Made by a program: the position numbers and the translations under genes. The notes below the pieces were generated by a model. It saw nothing but the letters and a program-made list of their open reading frames with translations. It did not search any database and was not told where the DNA came from. A stretch of DNA of 63,644 bases, counting the filler, from Octopus bimaculoides (taxonomy: Eukaryota): the NCBI RefSeq assembly GCF_001194135.2. It is 8 parts of 7 records of this genome, joined end to end, with 100 filler letters (N's around TTAATTAATTAA, not from the genome) between each part and the next. Parts side by side here need not be neighbours in the genome. Positions count along the whole stretch, not along the records: positions 37,280 to 42,755 come from NC_068988.1; positions 42,856 to 47,850 come from NC_068987.1; positions 47,951 to 54,017 come from NC_068983.1; 5 more parts are not named here. The stretch is one strand, 5' to 3'. Shown piece after piece: positions 38,719 to 52,179 of this stretch; position 1 is the first letter of the stretch, and each line of letters opens with the position of its first letter.

Positions 38719-38875
38719 GTGGGCATATGGCGTAGTGGTTAAGAGCGCGGGCTACTAACTCCAAGGTTCCGAGTTCGATTCACGGCAGCGACCTGATTAA
38801 TAATAGTAATAATAATAATAATGATAATATAATAATAGTAACATCGTTAGGAATGAGAACCCAGGTTCGAAATAA
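38719..38875 (+). mobile_element. Short tRNA-derived SINE family D with (AAT)n
   Basis: TGGCGTAGTGG A-box, GAGTTCGATTC B-box; no pairing acceptor stem; followed by (AAT)n. Confidence 0.75.
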
Positions 38876-39459
38876 TGTAAATAATATAAAATTCATAATC
38901 TCAATAGTTGTGTCCAAATCTATTTATGCTTATTTTATCAACTTTCATTCATAAGAGACAATGCAATTTTAATCACGTAGCTATAGTAATCTAGGATTTT
39001 CCATCTTATCACCCATCACTGATGGACAAATGAAAGTTACATGTATATTTATTCTCTTAATTCACTTTTATTGTTTTACAAAGCTATTTTTTCTGTGAAG
39101 TCACAAGAATTTGTAAACTTCGAAAGAACATGAAATAATTCCGTTTTTTTTTTCTGGTAGGGGAGAGAGAATCTCGAACCTCATTAAGCGATAAATATAA
39201 CATTTACATGCTATTTATTTATGTTGGGGATGTCAGTAGTGTATGCAGTAGCGATGTCTACTCTCTTAACTGTCTACATATTTTACTGTTTACAAGGGAA
39301 CCATTCCACTACTTTGGAACGTATGCTAGAAATAGCAGCAATACCTTCTACGGGGCCAAGACATTTACCCCCATGGACAATCCCCCCACCAAGAATATTT
39401 ACCCTTGTGGAAATCAACCCCCTAGGACAATTACCCCTAAGCAATTAAACCCCGATGTG

Positions 39460-39520
39460 TACCGTATTTTCCGGTGTATAAGCCGCTATTTTCTACATGA
39501 AAAATTAAGTGTGCGGCTTA
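39460..39520 (+). mobile_element. Possible pogo/Tc1-like terminal remnant
   Basis: TACCGTATTTTCCGGTGTATAAG; similar end in reverse at about 44625-44672 (CGTATTTGCCGCCGTATACGACGCAC). Confidence 0.4.
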
Positions 39521-39989
39521 GAGAAAGGTGTGCTGAATGTGTGTATATTTTATAAGTTTCAGGGGGAAAAATATTGTGTATGGAGATCGAATGATTCCAC
39601 TGATTTTTTCAGAAGCAATGTCGGTCGGTGAACAACGTGAAAGACTACTGCTACAGTACATTGGTACCCGGAATAAAACAAAGCATATTTATTTTGTTTT
39701 ACCTTCATGTTTTGATAATGTTATTTTTAATCTAATAAGGAGTTTAATATTGACGAAATGTGTTTGTTGTTAATTATCATAACAATAACAATACATCCCA
39801 TAGTTGTTAAATAAGGCATTTTGAAACCACATACACGTCAAAAACAAAAACAAAAAACTGCGGACCCGTTGCTCTATGTGTTGATAATGCCACACATAGA
39901 AAAACATATTTAGCTGTTTCAGTTCGTATTACTGCCGTAGTTAGAAATTATGAAAATATAAATGTGATACAATATTTTCGAGGAATTGC

Positions 39990-40240
39990 GTATAATTTTC
40001 ACTTTTAGATACATCGCATTTGATAGTGTTCATCGAAAACTCATCTTACATATCTTGTTCAAGTGTGGTATTGCAGATGAGACTGTCGAAGCTGTCAACA
40101 TCATGTACGAAAACCCATTAAACTGTGTACAAAGTACAGACGGCCTAATTAAAATGCTTCTAACAAGAAAGAAGGAATCCGCGAATGAGACACCATAGAG
40201 CCTTTTCTCTTTGTGACTATAGTGGAATACATCCTTAAGC
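39990..40240 (+). mobile_element. Decayed LINE reverse transcriptase fragment (domains 3-4, RTE-like)
   Basis: AFDSVHRKLILHILFKCGIADETVEAVNIMY...; frameshifted G.R.*DTIEPFLFVTIVEYIL. Confidence 0.7.
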
Positions 40241-40914
40241 AAAGATTGACCCCATCCAAGATAATGTTCTCACCACCAAACAGAAGCGGTCAGGATGTAT
40301 ATAGGGCGTATATTTCTCTGTCCTTGCTAATACTGAAAATACTGCAACCAAAAAGTGGATGGTTTGTGCTAGCAAAGACAACTGAATACATGACTATCAT
40401 CGAAAAAGTAAGCCACCCACCGATGACTTCCAGCGATGGTACACAATTCAAGGAAGAAAGCCTAATAGAAAATGCTTCGTGCGAAAGTCTTCGCAGTCAA
40501 TCAGAGCTTTAATAATGTATGACAACGCCAGCATTTAAATGGCTAGTGTGGCATAACACTTCACGAAAATATGAAGAGAGAGAGGAAGCTTTAATAAACA
40601 CTAACATGACACTTGAAGATAATACTTATGAAGAGACTTGTGGTTTGTTTTTCTGACCGGGATTAAGAAATACCTTTCTGTTATAATTCTGAAGCAAATA
40701 TCAAATTTCATGTAGCACCGGTGTTTCTAACCTCTATCGGAAGTGTATCCCATGCCCAATGATGATATTGCATTCTTGGTGATGAGTTTAAAGTTTGTAG
40801 AATATATGTACACACACGAATTTGAATGATGTATTTGAATAAATTTGAATAAATATGTTGTTGTGTCTAGGAAGAATAATACACGCACAGTATGTTATTA
40901 TTATTGCTTCTGGT

Positions 40915-40919
40915 TGTTG

Positions 40920-40966
<47 letters not shown>

Positions 40967-42560
40967 GTTCAGTAGTTTTATTTTTATAACTTGCTTTCAC
41001 TTCACTACCGAGCTCTGTGTGCCTTGGGTATGTGCTGTGGTTTGCTGTGAGGCTCTTATGGTTAATTTATTGAAAGTGCTTTGCATAGGATGTATGCAGT
41101 GCCCAGTAGTGCAATTTTCTGTATGTTATATATATTTGTAAGTCCTGGTGTTTTTGTTATGTATTTGTCTGAATATTTTTTTATTATACCTAAGGCACCT
41201 ACTATGATAGGAATTGTTTCTGTTTTTAGATTCCACATTCGAGTTACCTCTATTTCCAGGTCTTTGTATTTTGAAAGTTTCTCCATTTCTTTTAGGGAAA
41301 CGTTGTCATCTGCTGGTATTGATACATCAATTAGAAAGCATTTTTTTTCTTCATGATCTTTGACATCTATATCTGGTCTATTTGCCTTCATTTCTCTATC
41401 TGTGTTTATTGGTATANNNNNNNNNNNNNNNNNNNNNNNNNNNNNNNNNNNNNNNNNNNNNNNNNNNNNNNNNNNNNNNNNNNNNNNNNNNNNNNNNNNN
41501 NNNNNNNNNNNNNNNNNNNNNNNNNNNNNNNNNNNNNNNNNNNNNNNNNNNNNNNNNNNNNNNNNNNNNNNNNNNNNNNNNNNNNNNNNNNNNNNNNNNN
41601 NNNNNNNNNNNNNNNNNNNNNNNNNNNNNNNNNNNNNNNNNNNNNNNNNNNNNNNNNNNNNNNNNNNNNNNNNNNNNNNNNNNNNNNNNNNNNNNNNNNN
41701 NNNNNNNNNNNNNNNNNNNNNNNNNNNNNNNNNNNNNNNNNNNNNNNNNNNNNNNNNNNNNNNNNNNNNNNNNNNNNNNNNNNNNNNNNNNNNNNNNNNN
41801 NNNNNNNNNNNNNNNNNNNNNNNNNNNNNNNNNNNNNNNNNNNNNNNNNNNNNNNNNNNNNNNNNNNNNNNNNNNNNNNNNNNNNNNNNNNNNNNNNNNN
41901 NNNNNNNNNNNNNNNNNNNNNNNNNNNNNNNNNNNNNNNNNNNNNNNNNNNNNNNNNNNNNNNNNNNNNNNNNNNNNNNNNNNNNNNNNNNNNNNNNNNN
42001 NNNNNNNNNNNNNNNNNNNNNNNNNNNNNNNNNNNNNNNNNNNNNNNNNNNNNNNNNNNNNNNNNNNNNNNNNNNNNNNNNNNNNNNNNNNNNNNNNNNN
42101 NNNNNNNNNNNNNNNNNNNNNNNNNNNNNNNNNNNNNTATTTCTTTTGCATTTACCAGTATTTACCATGTAGGGGCTTTTCTTGCCATCGTTTTATCATG
42201 GTCCGTTGCTGTTCTAGTTTTAGTTTGGATTTCATTTGTTTTATAGCTTTTGTTGTTTCTTCTTCTTCTTCTTCTTCGTATTTGTTAGGTAGTATGATTT
42301 CTTGTTTGTATCTGTCAGCTTCCTTAAATACTGAAAACAGTTTTTTGTTTTGCTCGTGTTTTGTGGCTATTTGTATTAGTTTTCCTTGCTTCTGGAGTAG
42401 GTATTTTTGCAGTCTTATGGTGGTTATTTTACAATAGTTTTCCAGCTATATAAGACCCCTGACACCTTCTGTGCGTCGTATATATAGCCTTTCTATGTCA
42501 GATTTTGTGTGGTGCATCCTATATCCAGTCATTATTTTTCTTGTTATCCTGTCTATTTTA
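40915..42560 (-). mobile_element. R4/Dong-like LINE 3' portion (RT thumb, gap, RLE endonuclease, 3' UTR, (TAA)n)
   Basis: IDRITRKIMTGYRMHHTKSDIERLYIRR.EG.RGL (42560-42440); NRPDIDVKD...CFLIDVSIPADDNVSLKEMEKLSKYKDLEIEVTRMW...PIIVGALG (41415-41065); abuts (AAT)n at 40923-40967. Confidence 0.92.
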
Positions 42561-42562
42561 GA

Positions 42563-42717
42563 TGGCTGTGTGGCAAGTAGCTAGCTTACCAGCCACATGG
42601 TTCCGGGTTCATTCCCACTGCGTGGTCCCTTGGGCAAGTGTCTTCTACTATAGCCTCGCGCCGACCAAAGCCTTGTGAGTGGATTTGGTAGATGGAAACT
42701 GAAAGAAGCCTGTCGTA

Positions 42718-42735
<18 letters not shown>
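42563..42735 (+). mobile_element. SINE family A head abutting the LINE fragment
   Basis: Head followed by (TA)n and a gap. Confidence 0.9.
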
Positions 42736-42755
<20 letters not shown>

Positions 42756-42855
42756 NNNNNNNNNNNNNNNNNNNNNNNNNNNNNNNNNNNNNNNNNNNNT
42801 TAATTAATTAANNNNNNNNNNNNNNNNNNNNNNNNNNNNNNNNNNNNNNNNNNNN

Positions 42856-42871
42856 AGAGAGAGAGAGAGAA

Positions 42872-42907
<36 letters not shown>

Positions 42908-42943
42908 ATAAATAGATAGATAGATAGACAGATAGATAAATAA

Positions 42944-43004
<61 letters not shown>

Positions 43005-43010
43005 CAGACA
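42856..43010. repeat. (GA)n and (GATA)n microsatellite
   Basis: Visible repeat; similar tracts at 12906-12963, 46454-46543, 46746-46790 and 50750-50826. Confidence 0.95.
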
Positions 43011-43366
43011 TATACTGATCTAGTGAATATTCTTTAACTTGCCTTATATTGTTATTTACTGTCGGTAGAATTGTTTGAGATTACGTAAGTCCACTGCACA
43101 TGTGTGAATGAAATGATTTCCTTATCGATTACTTTTGAAGTGTAAGAAAGACATCTATAGTTCAGTTATTGACTTGGAATTACGGAGTGAAACAATCTTT
43201 ATACTTCAGAAGTTACTGTAATCAATGTTTGAAATCGATAAGAATCAACTTCCCGGGTTTAAGGAATAAGAATAATTCTCTCGAGGTCTTTGATGAATTT
43301 ATTATATATCTAGTGTGAAAGATGTCTTAATCTCAGAAAGCCTGATGCGAAATAGGGTGAAATGGC

Positions 43367-43587
43367 TAAGAGGAGATGCTAAAAAGTTCCATGCCTAGGG
43401 TAAAAGAATATACAGGAGGCTCAGTTAATTAATTTTATTCAATATATTCCCCTTTCAGAATCGCACATTTATTGCAGCGGTCCTTCAGTTTTTTGGGAAG
43501 CCGTGTAAAAGAACTCGGAAGTTTGGGCCTCTAACCAGGCCTTTCGTGAAACTCCTAAAGTCAGCAACTTTTCAGTACACCCTCGTA
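43367..43587. mobile_element. Mariner-derived MITE, third copy
   Basis: TA-flanked; matches 5283-5503. Confidence 0.85.
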
Positions 43588-44727
43588 AGTTTCGTATTAA
43601 ATCTGCGAGGTATAGTAACCAGTGGCTACTGTGTAATAAAGTGATCTGAAATTAGAAAAGAGGGGGAAGGGATCCGAATATTATTCAAGAGCAAAAATTT
43701 GTACCTAAATTTACCAAAACAGATGATCACGCTGGAGTTGACTGTGCTCTAGGATGAACACGGGGAGGGAGTTCATGAGAGGAAGCTTGTCAAATACCGA
43801 GAGCTGTGTAGGTTTGTTCTAAAGCCAAGTTATATCTAAAAATAATTTAACATTCAACTCAGCTTACCCAAGAGTTTTGAACAGAGTACATATTTATTAA
43901 CATTTATAAATAAAAGGTTGACTTAATAACGCTCTCCTTAAAGTTAAAACATATATACATATATACATNNNNNNNNNNNNNNNNNNNNNNNNNNNNNNNN
44001 NNNNNNNNNNNNNNNNNNNNNNNNNNNNNNNNNNNNNNNNNNNNNNNNNNNNNNNNNNNNNNNNNNNNNNNNNNNNNNNNNNNNNNNNNNNNNNNNNNNN
44101 NNNNNNNNNNNNNNNNNNNNNNNNNNNNNNNNNNNNNNNNNNNNNNNNNNNNNNNNNNNNNNNNNNNNNNNNNNNNNNNNNNNNNNNNNNNNNNNNNNNN
44201 NNNNNNNNNNNNNNNNNNNNNNNNNNNNNNNNNNNNNNNNNNNNNNNNNNNNNNNNNNNNNNNNNNNNNNNNNNNNNNNNNNNNNNNNNNNNNNNNNNNN
44301 NNNNNNNNNNNNNNNNNNNNNNNNATATATACACACATATATGTATGTATGTATGTATACATATCTATAAGGAACTCTGCACGTTAGATAATGTAAAATT
44401 AGTTGCACTGTGCCTGCAAAAGACTTGATAGTTTTTGTGGGAACGACATCTATTACAACAGTTTATTAATAGTAAATTTATTGTTTCATACTTTATTCCA
44501 GCTTACTATCACAATAATGTACTTATATGCACAGAATCACCCGCTACAAAACCACGTCAAAATATCTTTCACTACGTGTATGAGAGAACATATTAAGTCT
44601 ATTTTTCACAAACTATCCTTGTAAAATAGGGGTGTGTCTTTCGCAAAAGTGCGTCGTATACGGCGGCAAATACGATCGCAGCGTAATGCAGTATATATAA
44701 AGTACATAATATTATAATTTCTTGGAA

Positions 44728-44950
44728 AGGCTGCGAGTTGGCAAAATCGTTAGCACGCCGGCGCAGGACAAGAATGCTTAGCGGCATTTCGCCCGTCCTT
44801 ACGTTATGAGTTCAAATTCCGCCGAGGTCCACTTTTTCTTTCATCCTTTCCAGCTCGATAAAATAAGTACCAGTTGAATAGTGGAGTCGATGTAATCGAC
44901 TTATCCTCTCCCCTGAAGTTGCTTGCCTTTACCGAAATTTGAAACCATTA
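44728..44950 (+). mobile_element. SINE family B
   Basis: Head, B-box GAGTTCAAATTCC, central domain, end CCGAAATTTGAAACC. Confidence 0.85.
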
Positions 44951-46411
44951 TACTACCTGGAAATGGTATTATCTAGTGATAATAGCAGCCATATCTCACT
45001 CAAATTATAAGCCCTAAGTACATATATATACATGTGCATGTTGTTTTTATAGATCCAACATTAATATATTAGAGATGGCATGGTAGTTGAATCTACAAAA
45101 AATAGCAGTTAAATCACCTTCAAATCTTAAGCCTTTAGTACATAATTACGTAACGAGTATATATAAAGGGCACACAGCGTAGTACTTTGTTATAGATAGC
45201 AGTAATTTTGGGGTATATTATATTACATAAACACTCCCAGAAAGGGTCATGCTGCAAGAATGGTGATACTTAAACAACTGAGATATCTGCGAGAGTGGTG
45301 CCAGAGCTGGTTTGTGGAGGAGGTTGTAGGGGTGGTGGTGGTGGTGATTGTGGTTGAAGTTGAGTCAAGGATGTCGGTGTATATGCTGATGACGATAAGG
45401 AAATAGAAAGTGAAAGTAATATTATTATGTGTATATCACCTAATCAAATGCGTAGAAAAAAGGCGGGAAAGAGGAGGCAGAGGCGGAGAGAGAAAGGAGA
45501 CGACAGATGTGATGGAGATGCTGATGAAGGCCACAATGATAGTGATGTTGTTGATGATGATGTTGATGATGAGGAGGAGGACGATGATGATGTCAATTAC
45601 GGAATGATAACGAGGAGGAGGAGGAGGACGATCATGGTATCAATTAAGGAAGTGAAAGATGAAAGCAAACATCATTATCTAGCATCTAACAAATGCAAAG
45701 AATGAATAGGAGCGACAAGTCGAAAAAAAAAACAAAAAAAAAAAACAAAACAAAAAAAAAACAAAACAAAAAAAACAAGAAACATGAGGCATGAAAACGA
45801 AAAACAAAAACAAACCAGAGAAAGAAAAATAGATACGAAAACTGGAACAACAAAAACAGCAGCAGCAGCGGTGATAACAACAAAATAAGAGCAAACAAGC
45901 CTTGTTTCTATTTCCACCCCTTAAATCTGTTTAAAATGACGTCATAACCTTACACATACTATCAGAATGTGTGTGTGCGCGCGCGCTTGAGTGCTCGTGC
46001 ATCTGTGTGTGTCTGTGCTTGAGTGTCTGTGAGTGTGTTTTGTGCGTGTATGTTTGTGTTTTGTACGCGCTCACGCGCTTTGCATGTGTGTATGCGTGTG
46101 TATGTGTATGTGTGTGAATTTGGGATGATGTGTGTTTTATTAACGTAATTAGCAAACAGCAAAAAGAAAACAGAAAATACGAGAAACATGTTTTGATAAA
46201 TACTATGTTAGTGGAAAGTTTAAAGCTTAAAGAATAAAAGAAAGGCTCTTAACGTTTTGGACGCTAGTCCTTTATCAGAAGAAAAAAATATCATCATGGG
46301 CTCTTTCCGTGTCTCACATACACACATTCCCTCGCTCTTCTACCTTTTTCTCACATTTGTATATCAATCGACTAATGGATCGATCTATAAATATAAACAA
46401 GTATATGTATA

Positions 46412-46544
<133 letters not shown>

Positions 46545-46745
46545 CAGTCAGACACTCGGAAAAATAGTCACATCAGCACACATCAACACAACAAAATATA
46601 AAAACATCGGCAAGTAAATCAAACAAACCGATTGTCTACGAACGANNNNNNNNNNNNNNNNNNNNNNNNNNNNNNNNNNNNNNNNNNNNNNNNNNNNNNN
46701 NNNNNNNNNNNNNNNNNNNNNNNNNNNNNNNNNNNNNNNNNNNNN

Positions 46746-46790
<45 letters not shown>

Positions 46791-47250
46791 CGAGTTTTTG
46801 CTTGGGGTGAAGTAAAACTAAAAAATAAAAGCCCTAACACAATGAGGAATCGAAAATGAAAGTCTCCGAGATCGATTATTCTCTAGAGACAGATAAACAA
46901 ATGAATTATCCCCCATAGTACACCCTCTCCGTTTTACAATAATATGGCGTTTTCCTCTTTATGTAAAACATAAAGGAAAAAAAAACTTCAAAGATTTTAT
47001 AAAAAATGGCTTTGACTTATGCAATAAGCAATTACAGTCTCCGGCTTTTGTTTCTTTTTTCCTTTTGTCTACACTTAATTTCAATTGACAGATATCCTAT
47101 AACTGCATTCAGCTTTAGAAATAACTCACTAACTACGTGTGAGTATGCGTGTCTCTACGTGTATGTATGCATGTATGTATGTATATATATATATATATAG
47201 ATAGATAGATACATACATACATACATACGTACATACCTACATATCTATAT

Positions 47251-47310
<60 letters not shown>

Positions 47311-47374
47311 TTGTGTATATATATGTGTGTGTGCGTGCGTGTGCGTGCGTGTGTATGTATGTATCGGTATCAGT

Positions 47375-47647
47375 GTATACACCAGTCCATCGGGTGTTTG
47401 CTGCACACTGCTGGTTACAATGCGCTTCGCATTTCAAATGATGCCACTTCGCTGGTTAAGCGGCAGGCTAACATTCTTCCTAAACGGAATCCCAGCCGAT
47501 TACAGGCTTATCCATTTACAGCTGAGGGAATTGAAGCAACATGAAATGAAGTCTCTTGCTCAAGAACATAATACACAGCCGGTTGGGGAATCAAAACCAT
47601 AATCTCGCAATCGTGAATGCAGTACTCTAACCATAAGGCCATCCGCC
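47375..47647 (-). mobile_element. SINE family E, near full length
   Basis: Minus strand: GGCGGATGGCCTTATGGTTAG head, TTCTTGAGCAAGAGACTTCATTTCA central domain, 3' tail. Confidence 0.75.
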
Positions 47648-48759
47648 TAGACACACACGTTCGAGCACATGCACGCACGTAGATTATCAGTTAGGCGTAG
47701 GTCAGAAAAGGAGCACAAAATACGTATAATACGGCAGTTATAGAAAGAGTTTATCACATCTTTAATGACCGGCTGTTCTCTTACATTGTTGCACAACGTA
47801 AGACTTCACTTTTGATACAAGTCTAACGAAGTGCCGTGGAGGCGCAATGGNNNNNNNNNNNNNNNNNNNNNNNNNNNNNNNNNNNNNNNNNNNNTTAATT
47901 AATTAANNNNNNNNNNNNNNNNNNNNNNNNNNNNNNNNNNNNNNNNNNNNAGTAGCGTCGGAGGATAAGTTTACGAACTACTTACAATTTTTGTGAGACG
48001 CTGCGTTCAATCATGTAAAAACATAAGTAAATGAGTATATGCATATATACGTACAGGTATGTGCATACCGACATCCACCTGTATGTATAGGTGCATATCT
48101 GGGTACAGGACATTGCACACAAACGTAGACGAGAACACACGAGCCACATATATATATATATATACACATAGATATATATGTGTGTGTGTGTGTGTGTGTG
48201 CGTGTATGTGTGTGTGTAATATACTAACACATCATCATGTCTATCCCCTTATATATATGTCAGTTTAAACGCATTGTTCTTCGATATATTTTCGCTAAAT
48301 GGTCGAATTTGTAAGTGGTTACGTGTCTACATATATATGGATATGTATGCCATTCTATGTATGTGAGCAAGCATCAATGTGTGGCTGCTTTCCTTCCCAG
48401 AGGGAGCCTGATGAAGGTACATAGGTCAAATGACCTATGATGTAAAATAGATGATACATTTATTGCTCCTGTGCAATGGTGGATCGGCCTTTGGTAGTTT
48501 TTTTTTTTTCCAGCCTATTTTCTCTAGGGGTTTCTTTTTGCTTTTCTAATATGTATTATTTTTGTTACAGCTGTTGATGATGATGACGACCACGACCACG
48601 ACAACGATAATAATAATTATGATGATGGTTGTGTTAGTGATGTGTTGGTGGTAACCTCGTTGTTGTGTTGAAGAGATTGCAGGTAGTGATGGCGGTAGAC
48701 TTCTGAGTGCCTTGACAAGATGGGAGGTCACTGATCGTAGGGCAAAAACAAGTTGTTGT

Positions 48760-48970
48760 GTTAGAATTGCCCCAATGTGGGTCGATCGGCAGCATCGTTT
48801 TGAGCGTTGGACACAATGCGATGTGGAGTTCCACGACTTACTTTTAAGTTCTGAGTTCAAGTCCAGCCGTGGGCGATGTTACCTGCTATCCTTCCGGGGT
48901 TAACTAAATAAAGTATCGATCCGAATGCTCTACCCACCCAAATTTCCTGGATTTGTTATCAATATCAGAA
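48760..48970 (+). mobile_element. SINE family B, highly degenerate
   Basis: GTTCTGAGTTCAAGTCC...ATCCTTCCGGGGT...AATAAAGTA. Confidence 0.5.
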
Positions 48971-49542
48971 ATGGTCATTGTTGTTGATGTTGTTGTTTTT
49001 GAGGTTTTTGGTGCAGTTGTTGTTGTTGTTGATGCTGATATTGCTCTTGTTAATATTGTTACATCCACCTCACTCCTGGCTGATTAATTCACTTTTAACG
49101 TGGGGGTCAATACTCAATCCTTGTCAGTTTCCATTTCATTCATATTGCTGATGTTGTATTTTACTAATTTTGTTATTCTTTTTGTTCTTATCGTAACTGT
49201 TGATATTTTTTTAATAGTTGTTGCTTTTTGATATTATGAATGTGTTTGATGTTGTCAAGCTTGTTTATCTTCGTTATTGTCGTTGCTGTAGTAGCATGAT
49301 ACTTTTATTAGTGCTTTGGGTATTGCTGTTGTTGTCGATGTGGTAGTATGAAGAAGATGATGATCATGATGATTCAACTGGCTTCTGCAGTGCAAGTTTC
49401 CCTTTTTTTAGTCATCGATATATTTCAATTCAAGACTATAATTAAAAGACACATTGAGTACCCATACATTGGTGTTCCTCACCACTTACAGCATTGTTCT
49501 TACTCATGGTACCTATTTTATCCAGAACAACTGAAAGATTGA

Positions 49543-50432
49543 TACAGGGTGAGACAGAGAGGACGGACGTTTTTGAAAATTTCACAAAATCATTAATTTT
49601 AGCTGCAAACAAATTTTATTGACATCAATGTGTTTGTATTGATTTAGCATTTGTCATAATCAAGTGTGGAAAACAACAATCATCACGTGGTGTCCATTCT
49701 TATTGATGCATTTCTCAAGGTGTTCTTGGAAGTTGGCCTCCACTCTCTCCAGCATTGCTCTGTCGATTTGGGGGAATTCCACGAGAATAGCTTCCTTCAA
49801 ATCGTCCCATGTACGGGGCTTATGCGCATACGCAGGTGCCTTGAGGTTTCCCCACAAGAAATAATCACACATAAACAAATCAGAGGACCGAGGGCCGAAG
49901 GTATGTCAGCAAACCTGGAAATGAGGTGGTCATCTAAGAGAGGGTGATGAACGTCCGTTGATGCTCAAGCTGTGTGCGCCGTCCTACTGAAACCACACAC
50001 ATCGAATAGGCATACGTTTTCGTCGTAATTCAGGCACAAAGAAGTTGTTTATCATTTCAATGTAACGTTCGTAGTTCACAGTAACAGCATTTCCATTATT
50101 GACTTCAAAAAGTAAGGACCAATGACGGCAGCTTTTCCAACAGCACACCAGATCGTCAGTTTTGGGCTGTGCAGTGGTTTTTCATGCAGTTCTCTCGGAT
50201 TTTCACGAGCCCAATAACGACAGTTCTGTTGATTAACCATACCATTGAGATGAAAATGAGTTTCATCAGTTAAAAAAAGTGGTTGTCATTTGCCTCAAAA
50301 ATTGCTTCCATCTGACGTGCAAAGTGAAGCCGCTGTGCATAGTCTTATGGTTTCAACTGTTGCCCAATGACCAATTTGTACGGGTGGAAATGCAGGTCTC
50401 CATGCAAAATGCGCTTTACCGATCGATTGCCT
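49543..50432 (-). mobile_element. Decayed Tc1/mariner transposase of the maT/DD37D-like type with 3' TIR
   Basis: DLHFHPYKL...TDETHFHLNGMVNQQNCRYWARENP...PLHSPKLTIWC...IGPYF...FQ*DGA...SSDLFMCDYFLWGNLK...; ends CACCCTG-TA; D-D spacing not verified because of frameshifts. Confidence 0.88.
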
Positions 50433-50767
50433 ATCGATAAATCACACACACACATATGGATGCATGCATGCATACATAGAGTGATTGAGAGAGAAAGAGT
50501 GAGATACTTTTTTTAATAAAATGATTGGTGTTAATTTAGTACCAACGGTTCTAGGCTGAATCTGTATGCGCACCGCCTAAGACATATGGCCATTATGTCA
50601 GTGTTACTGAATCTGCCGTTGAATGTTTACTAACAATCAGCATTGAACCACTAGTACCGTATTAACATCAATCATTCTATTAAAAGAAACTATTCATTCA
50701 CCTATGCAGTGTTGATTACGTCCCAACAGTTATTTTCTAACATATATAGACAGACAGACAGACAGCC

Positions 50768-50827
<60 letters not shown>

Positions 50828-52148
50828 GCTTAAACACACAACAAAGTTTTGGCAGAATGTCGATATAGTCGACTTTAATACAATATTATTGCCTATTTTA
50901 TTCCTGTCTTACCTACATCTGTTATGTGCTGTACCGCACATTAGTCCATCTTGGAACAGTTCAAATGGTATGCAAGTTTCCGGTCGGAAAAGGTTACTGG
51001 ACCCTTGCAAATCTTTTACTTCCCCACGGCGCAGTATAACCCAATCAGAGTGAAACACAAAAGACTCACTTGCAGTACAGGATGGGTATTTTAATTATCG
51101 ATTCCAGGAGGACGAAAGGCAAAACTGAATTGATCAGGTCTTGAACTTAGAGCACAAAACAAATACCACAAGTCAATCCATCGAGTTCGGTCAATTCGCG
51201 GGCAATTATTTCTTAAATTCTTCCAGGAATAAGACAGTTAAAAATTACATTAATGGGATTTTATTGCTAAAAAGGAAAAACTTTAACAATCGCTTTCTTC
51301 ATGGCCCCCAAGACTGGTGGGAAAAAGGTATACTTAAACCAGAGGCCTGGCCCGATTATTTGAAACAAAGTTAACTCCACTAAAGATACCTTAGAACAAG
51401 GTGATAGTGTTAAACTGGGCAACGGATTAAGCCTTCCCTCAAGTAAGCCACAAGATTTGAAAATAGAGTGCAAGAAGACGGCATAAATACTGCAAGAAAC
51501 CCCTTCCGGTTTTTTTAACGCCTCTACCAATTCGTTGCCTAATTTAAACGTTGTGAGGCTTTGACATCACTAATGTCGAAAACAAGGGTCGACATTTAAA
51601 TCATGTAAAGCATTCGATGGTAAAAAACAAATGGAAAAAAGTCTATATTCACGGCAATCTCCATTGTCCTCGTAAGTGAGAAAACAATTAACATTTATTT
51701 ACTCTGTTAGATTTGATCCAGCTAAATTATGTTTTCGACTTTTTGTAGTTATATTTTCGTTTTCTATATATATTCTATTTCGTTCTCAGATTCATGTTTT
51801 CAGAGGGTTGTTGTTGTGGTGGTTGAGGTGATGATAAGATTATTGTTTGTCTCTTGTTGTTGTTGCTGCTGCTGCTCTACTGTTACTGGTGTCTTTCCTA
51901 TTTCACAACCACACGCAATTATCAACACTGGTTTCTATTATTTTCTATTGTTAGTTTTGTTGCTTCTTGCGTTCGCTTTTTCTTTTTTCAAAGGTTCTAT
52001 TTTACACCATTTTGAAATTACTTATTTCACGTATTTGTTTGCTTTGCATACATATATACAAATGATACATATGTGTTTTATATTTTTTATTTATATCTGT
52101 ATCTGTATATATATATACGTACACACACACGCATATACGTATGCATAC

Positions 52149-52179
<31 letters not shown>

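Noticed and set aside
38719-38795. Functional tRNA gene
   Set aside because: A and B boxes are present but there is no acceptor stem pairing, and it is followed by (AAT)n; the same applies to the SINE A, B, C and E heads.
45410-45705. Acidic or basic protein ORF (DDDEEE/RRRR)
   Set aside because: GAT/GAG trinucleotide repeats; no splice or homology support.
48408-48450. CTGATGA followed by a hairpin (hammerhead candidate)
   Set aside because: No GAAA after the stem and no stem I or III partner.
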